The notes beneath the pieces are model-generated. The model was not told the origin of the DNA and made no database searches. It saw only the letters and a program-made list of their open reading frames with translations. The translations under genes were made by a program, and so were the position numbers. Source: a virus. Taken from it: a stretch of DNA of 64,000 bases. The DNA lies in IMG/VR virus record IMGVR_UViG_3300025128_006668, positions 61,402 to 125,401 of that record, one strand, 5' to 3'. This document shows positions 59,819-64,000 of this stretch, piece by piece (position 1 is the first letter of the stretch; each line of letters starts with the position of its first letter).

Positions 59819-59974
59819 ATGCAAGAATATTTTGAATACCTAACTGATTTACGAGACGGTGGCACCATTAATATGATGGGAGCGCCGAGAGAACTAGAAT
59901 ATGAGTTTGGCCTAGATAGGGCAGAAGCTCGTGAAGTATTTAGCAAGTGGTGCGAATCACTGAAAGGAAATTGA
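59819..59974 (+). CDS. small phage protein (YL..LR.GG.INM.GA motif)
   Basis: AGGAG RBS; motif recalled from other phage proteins. Confidence 0.6.
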   Translation: MQEYFEYLTDLRDGGTINMMGAPRELEYEFGLDRAEAREVFSKWCESLKGN

Positions 59975-59976
59975 GA

Positions 59977-60207
59977 ATGAGTGATTTAAGAATAATTAAA
60001 GAGCGCCGTTTCTATGACGAGCACGGAACAAAAAAGTTTGCGCTGCTTGAGGAAGGGCAGACAGTAAAGATTGACAGCCATCCGCGTTCGGGTAGCGGTC
60101 CGTTACTCTGCAGGGTGGTTAACCCGTCAGAAGCGTCTAAGGATTTTGGCGTGCGTGATGGTATGCTGGTTGAAGTTGATTGGGAAGATTTGGGGTTTGA
60201 GGAATGA
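59977..60207 (+). CDS. hypothetical protein
   Basis: GAAAGG RBS. Confidence 0.55.
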   Translation: MSDLRIIKERRFYDEHGTKKFALLEEGQTVKIDSHPRSGSGPLLCRVVNPSEASKDFGVRDGMLVEVDWEDLGFEE

Positions 60208-60265
60208 CTGTCAAAATGGCAGTTGGGCCGGCCCCAGCGGCTTGTTGAGACTGAATCTCAATAAG
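60208..60265 (+). repeat. triple-palindrome element, copy 4
   Basis: CTGTCAAAATGGCAG-TTGGGCCGGCCCCA-TTGAGACTGAATCTCAA. Confidence 0.9.
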
Positions 60266-60374
60266 AAAAAACTTCTATCTTTTTCCCTGAAAATGACTGG
60301 ATTGGGTGGATTTCTTTTGCAATATATGCCGATATATATTATACTGGAGGGGTACTCAAGAGAAAGGTAACAAT

Positions 60375-60539
60375 ATGAGCTACGAAGAAATTTATGAATC
60401 AGGCAAGACGGCAGGATACAACGGACTACCGGCAGGTAGTAATCCATACGACCGAGATTTTGAACCGGAAGAAAATAACTATTGGTTCATGGGGTGGATA
60501 GCAGTAAGACAGGGAAAAGAAACCTTAGACTTTTCCTGA
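60375..60539 (+). CDS. early hypothetical protein
   Basis: Promoter at 60317-60345, GAAAGG RBS; NPY...WFMGW. Confidence 0.6.
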   Translation: MSYEEIYESGKTAGYNGLPAGSNPYDRDFEPEENNYWFMGWIAVRQGKETLDFS

Positions 60540-60557
60540 AAATAATTCAGACTGCTA

Positions 60558-60586
60558 TTGACAAACGGCTAACTTTATGGTATAAT
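60558..60586 (+). promoter_or_regulatory. sigma70 promoter
   Basis: TTGACA-N17-TATAAT with TG extension. Confidence 0.85.
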
Positions 60587-60614
60587 AGGGTTATCTTAAA
60601 CGAAAGGAAATAAG

Positions 60615-60926
60615 ATGAGCTACTTCAAATTCAGACAGAACAATTCGTTCGGTCACTTCGTCGGGACTCCGTTGGTATTTGTTCAGGCAGATAATGCCAT
60701 AGATGCCAACCGTGTTGCACAGGATCACGGTGTCTACTTCAACGGCGTAGCCGATGGCGTTGACTGTGATTGCTGTGGTGATCGTTGGTATCCTGTTCAG
60801 GATGACGACGCACAGGATCAGCCTAAATCATACGGTTATGGTGGTGGTGTTACTGTCTACAGTGACGGTGATAATTACATGGACTACAGTGGAAAAAACT
60901 GGCCTGTAAAAGTAATCCAAAAATAA
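60615..60926 (+). CDS. phage hypothetical protein (QNNS...DCDCCGDRW)
   Basis: AACGAAAGGAAAT leader; FRQNNSFG and GVYFNG..DCDCCGDRW motifs. Confidence 0.7.
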   Translation: MSYFKFRQNNSFGHFVGTPLVFVQADNAIDANRVAQDHGVYFNGVADGVDCDCCGDRWYPVQDDDAQDQPKSYGYGGGVTVYSDGDNYMDYSGKNWPVKVIQK

Positions 60927-61001
60927 TAGTTTTTTGGGCTTGCAAATTGATTCCCGCTATGGTAAAATCGTAGTATACAAAACAACAACAAAGGAAAAGT
61001 T

Positions 61002-61364
61002 ATGAACGAAACAACTAAAAAAATGCTCGCTGAACTAGATGCCGCTATCCTTGAGTGCCTATGGGTTCCTAATGAGTCCCTACCCGAGGAATTCCAAGAC
61101 AATCGCGAAGGCGGCAAGACGTTGAAACGACTTCACAAACAGCTTCAGCCGGAGCAGGAAGTTGACCCAAGACAGGCACACGTTGTCATATCCAATGGTC
61201 AGATTAAATACGGCAATCAGGAAAGAATCGACGTACTAAATAAATATCAGGCAGACGTTGAGGCTGGCCGTGAAATTGAATACGATGTTAACGAGTACAA
61301 GCTACATAAAAACCTTATGGCGTTTTGCTCGGCTATGAATGTTGACTTGGAGCCTGAAGAATGA
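61002..61364 (+). CDS. early hypothetical protein
   Basis: TTGCAA...TAAAAT promoter and AAAGGA RBS. Confidence 0.6.
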   Translation: MNETTKKMLAELDAAILECLWVPNESLPEEFQDNREGGKTLKRLHKQLQPEQEVDPRQAHVVISNGQIKYGNQERIDVLNKYQADVEAGREIEYDVNEYKLHKNLMAFCSAMNVDLEPEE

Positions 61365-61428
61365 TTGTAAAGATAATTATAATTTGCACACTAAGTTTAA
61401 TGTTTTACCCCAGCGAAGGAGTTTAAAG

Positions 61429-61710
61429 ATGTCTATAGAGATTAAAGAAGAAACATTGTTGGCAGTAGTAGAGAAGGCAATGCAATCAGACCCCATGGAA
61501 TACTGCGGTAGATTCCTAGAGGAACACAAGAGCGTAGCCGAACCACTTTCGACGCTAGCTGTCAACCTTGCCCAGTTGGTAACCGATGGTGACGACATGG
61601 AAAATCTAATAATGGCATCGACCGCAATCAGTTCCGCTATGTTCATGACTTATGAAATGGCAAACGCAGAAGTCGAAGCCAAAGAGCTAGAGGAGTTATT
61701 CGATGCGTAA
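61429..61710 (+). CDS. acidic hypothetical protein
   Basis: AAGGAG RBS. Confidence 0.6.
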   Translation: MSIEIKEETLLAVVEKAMQSDPMEYCGRFLEEHKSVAEPLSTLAVNLAQLVTDGDDMENLIMASTAISSAMFMTYEMANAEVEAKELEELFDA

Positions 61711-61864
61711 AAAAACAAAGAAATTAATTATTAAGGCCGAAGACATTAAAGTGTCAACAGGTCATCGCCAGCACTTCACTGGTACGGGAGCGTGGGACAA
61801 TCGCCCGAAACGTCAACGCACTCGATCCGCACAATCTCGGGCAACTATGAAGGAGTACCAATAA
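61703..61864 (+). CDS. 53-aa basic protein
   Basis: GAGGAG RBS; GHRQHFTGTGAWDNRPKRQRTR. Confidence 0.55.
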   Translation: MRKKTKKLIIKAEDIKVSTGHRQHFTGTGAWDNRPKRQRTRSAQSRATMKEYQ

Positions 61865-62044
61865 ATGGTTACTGCAATTCTAAAGGCCGGTACGCCGGTT
61901 GAGTTCACCCTCACGGGTATCGCTGGCACGGTCAAAGCGATTCAGAATGACCGAGTTCTCATTGAGAACGCTAAAGGGGAAACCCTAAACCCAAGCCTAG
62001 CCGATGTTCTGGTGATGGTCAAGTCTGGATCGTTAAAAGTATAG
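61865..62044 (+). CDS. 59-aa hypothetical protein
   Basis: AAGGAG RBS; MVTAILKAG...SLKV. Confidence 0.5.
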   Translation: MVTAILKAGTPVEFTLTGIAGTVKAIQNDRVLIENAKGETLNPSLADVLVMVKSGSLKV

Positions 62045-62114
62045 ACTTCGTTGTGCGGTGTCCCTGCCGGTTGGTTTTTGAACTTGCGACTAGCCGGTAG
62101 GGATAACAACGAGA

Positions 62115-62172
62115 CTGCCAAAATGGCAGCTGGGGCCCGCCCAAAGTCCTTATTGAGACTCTATCTCATTAG
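62115..62172 (+). repeat. triple-palindrome element, copy 5
   Basis: CTGCCAAAATGGCAG-CTGGGGCCCGCCCAA-TGAGACTCTATCTCA. Confidence 0.9.
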
Positions 62173-62239
62173 GAAAAAATCTAAAGATTGATTAAAGATT
62201 CTATTTGCAATATGCCGATGTATATAATATAATGAAATT

Positions 62240-62340
62240 GTAAGACAGGCGGCACGCAGTTAGCCAAGCAGGGAAACCGTCAGTCACGCAGTAAGTCGTG
62301 TCCTCTGTCTTGCCCAAGATAGCTTGCTTGACTGTTTTAC
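62240..62340 (+). ncRNA. candidate promoter-driven structured ncRNA
   Basis: Promoter at 62205-62233, no RBS-led ORF, stems 62240-48/62305-13 and 62251-56/62297-302, possible pseudoknot. Confidence 0.5.
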
Positions 62341-62400
62341 ATACTGTTTAGCACGCGAGTTTACCACGACAGTTTTTCACTAGAGTTTTCCGAAAAATCC

Positions 62401-62441
62401 TAAAGTTCCCCCTTGACAATAGCCGATATATATGGTATACT
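62401..62441 (+). promoter_or_regulatory. sigma70 promoter with overlapping sigma28-like elements
   Basis: TAAAGTT...TTGACA..GCCGATAT...TATACT. Confidence 0.8.
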
Positions 62442-62465
62442 GAAAGAGAAAGAAAGGGAGACAAA

Positions 62466-62867
62466 ATGATAGATAGAAACAAAAGAGTATATGTTTACTT
62501 CAATCTGCATCGCAAGTGTTTCAGTGTTAGACAAGGTACGCGAGTTGTAGAGCATACAAATCAGGTTTGCTTAAAGGATGTTAGGTACATGGTTCAGCCG
62601 GCAGGTAGAGCTAAGGTACTAAAAGAGAAGAAGAAGAATGTCCACGCTGGATTGTCGGGCTACTATGTTGACCGTGTTCCAGTTCCGGCAGTTAGTTTTG
62701 ATGTTACATACAACCCATACAAATACGATTCATTCGTAGATACTCAGGATCATGAAGCTCAGGAATGGTCAGAGTATGCCCACCTTACATGTGGAGATGG
62801 GTGGAGAAACATAGAAGCGATATTTACTCGGGAATATTTTCAGGAAAAAGTTAAAGTTCCTGCTTGA
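62466..62867 (+). CDS. phage hypothetical protein
   Basis: VYVYFNLHRKCFSVR...KKKNVHA...YNPYK. Confidence 0.7.
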   Translation: MIDRNKRVYVYFNLHRKCFSVRQGTRVVEHTNQVCLKDVRYMVQPAGRAKVLKEKKKNVHAGLSGYYVDRVPVPAVSFDVTYNPYKYDSFVDTQDHEAQEWSEYAHLTCGDGWRNIEAIFTREYFQEKVKVPA

Positions 62868-62892
62868 CAAATGCCGATATATATTATATAAT
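62852..62892 (+). promoter_or_regulatory. sigma70 promoter with overlapping sigma28-like elements
   Basis: TAAAGTT...TTGACA..GCCGATAT...TATAAT. Confidence 0.85.
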
Positions 62893-62930
62893 GAAAGAGT
62901 TCAACAGTTAGTTTTTTTAGGGAGAATCGA

Positions 62931-63194
62931 ATGAAGATTCAAAAGACAGAGGCATTAGCCTTAAGTTTCGGAAACGAAGTATACACTAATACTTATGTTT
63001 CAAATTATTCTGGTGAGACTGAAATCAAGTTTCACGATTATCAGAGTGATGGCGCAGAGTTCAAGGTAAATATCAATGTGCCAATCGAAACAGCTCGTTC
63101 TATCCTTAATGAGTTGCAACAGGATCTTGAAAACTACGATGCTTTTCAAGCCAAGAAAGCTCAGGAAGCCATAGCCGAAGCTACAGAAGAGTAA
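62931..63194 (+). CDS. early hypothetical protein
   Basis: GGGAG RBS. Confidence 0.6.
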   Translation: MKIQKTEALALSFGNEVYTNTYVSNYSGETEIKFHDYQSDGAEFKVNINVPIETARSILNELQQDLENYDAFQAKKAQEAIAEATEE

Positions 63195-63274
63195 CCCTTT
63201 CGTGAGTCGTGGCGGACTATAAAACGCCATTTTACAAAGTTTACTATTTTTTTCTAAGACTAGGAGAAGTTATT

Positions 63275-63460
63275 ATGAAAGCTGTTAAAGGAAACCTTTT
63301 TGCCGTGGAAATCAAAGGCAAAGTAAATACCACCAACCGTAGCCGTGACCAATGGGCACAGATTACTGATGCTCGAAGTGGCAGAGTTCTGCACACTGGT
63401 CAACCTCGCTACATCAAGCGAGTGGCTAAGGCTAAGTACAACACACTGTTGGACATCTAG
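63275..63460 (+). CDS. basic hypothetical protein
   Basis: AGGAG RBS. Confidence 0.55.
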   Translation: MKAVKGNLFAVEIKGKVNTTNRSRDQWAQITDARSGRVLHTGQPRYIKRVAKAKYNTLLDI

Positions 63461-63604
63461 TCTTAGGATGGGATTGCCGCCCTGTAAGTCATGAGAATGC
63501 GTGGGCGGTAATTTTTAATACAAAGATAAAACAGAGTAGCCCAATTAAAGCCTCCTTGATGAAGGGTGAAAAGGGTGACGGCTTAACCCCTACTCTATTT
63601 TTGT

Positions 63605-63663
63605 CTGCCAAAATGACAGTTGGGGCCGGCCCGGCCCGCTTATTGAGACCCAGTCTCATTAAG
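63605..63663 (+). repeat. triple-palindrome element, copy 6
   Basis: CTGCCAAAATGACAG-TTGGGGCCGGCCC-TGAGACCCAGTCTCA. Confidence 0.9.
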
Positions 63664-63779
63664 AAAAAAAGATTGCCTATTCCGAAAAAACAAATGGTTT
63701 TGATATAGTTTTAGTTTGCAAATGGACGATATATATAGTATACTGGTAGTATAACCAAAACGCAAAAGGGAGAAACACA

Positions 63780-64000
63780 ATGCTAAAATTCAGCAAAGCT
63801 AATGCCAAAACGCAAGCACTCAAAAACGATTCAGAGTTAGCAGACTACTTGACAGACAAGCGTAAAATTTATTCGTTAGATTTACTCAGTGGCTACTCGT
63901 GCCCATATGCTGAAAAATGTTTATCTAAGGCAGTAGTTCAGCCTAATGGTAAACGTAAAATTAAAGATGGTAAGAAAACAGAGTTTCGTTGCTTCTCAGC
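63780..64000 (+). CDS. Gp88-like Cys protein, 3'-truncated
   Basis: MLKFSKANAK...LLSGYSCPYAEKC...FRCFSA; promoter at 63716-63744. Confidence 0.55.
   Translation, partial: MLKFSKANAKTQALKNDSELADYLTDKRKIYSLDLLSGYSCPYAEKCLSKAVVQPNGKRKIKDGKKTEFRCFS

Noticed and set aside
63553-63575. Hammerhead ribozyme (TTGATGA...GAAA)
   Set aside because: The core is not CUGAUGA and no stem II or cleavage triplet fits.
56140-63663. CRISPR array interpretation of the palindromic repeats
   Set aside because: Copies are 0.6-1.9 kb apart with genes between them, not 30-40-bp spacers, and no cas1/cas2 is present.
1-64000. Stop-codon reassignment, tRNA genes, tail sheath, integrase
   Set aside because: Long genes are intact in the standard code and all three stops are used; no cloverleaf, sheath-like or recombinase motifs were recognised by eye.

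Overview
A 64-kb segment of a large tailed dsDNA bacteriophage. No tail-sheath gene was seen, so it is probably siphovirus-like. Host is unknown; the GAAAGG-type Shine-Dalgarno and the sigma28/sigma54-like promoters are only weak hints. There are three blocks. (1) 1-15.6 kb, + strand: the C-terminus of a TnpB/Cas12f-like protein with non-canonical RuvC residues followed by a structured RNA, an intein-less split DnaE interrupted by a DEDDh exonuclease and a cytidylyltransferase, a sigma factor, a glycosyl/nucleotidyl-transferase cluster and a probable ssDNA-annealing protein. (2) 15.7-54.3 kb, - strand: a morphogenesis block (terminase, portal, protease/scaffold, capsid, neck, tail tube, 2369-aa tape measure, 2713-aa Cys-repeat tail fibre) with gmd, HNH, ERCC4, methyl/sulfo-transferases and a second sigma-like protein. 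(3) 55.5-64 kb, + strand: an early region of small ORFs punctuated by six copies of a ~58-bp triple-palindrome element, overlapping sigma70/sigma28-like promoters, a consensus sigma54 promoter, a further palindromic promoter class, and several candidate structured RNAs, one of them complementary to the shared early-gene ribosome-binding leader. All calls come from motifs read by eye; no database searches were run.
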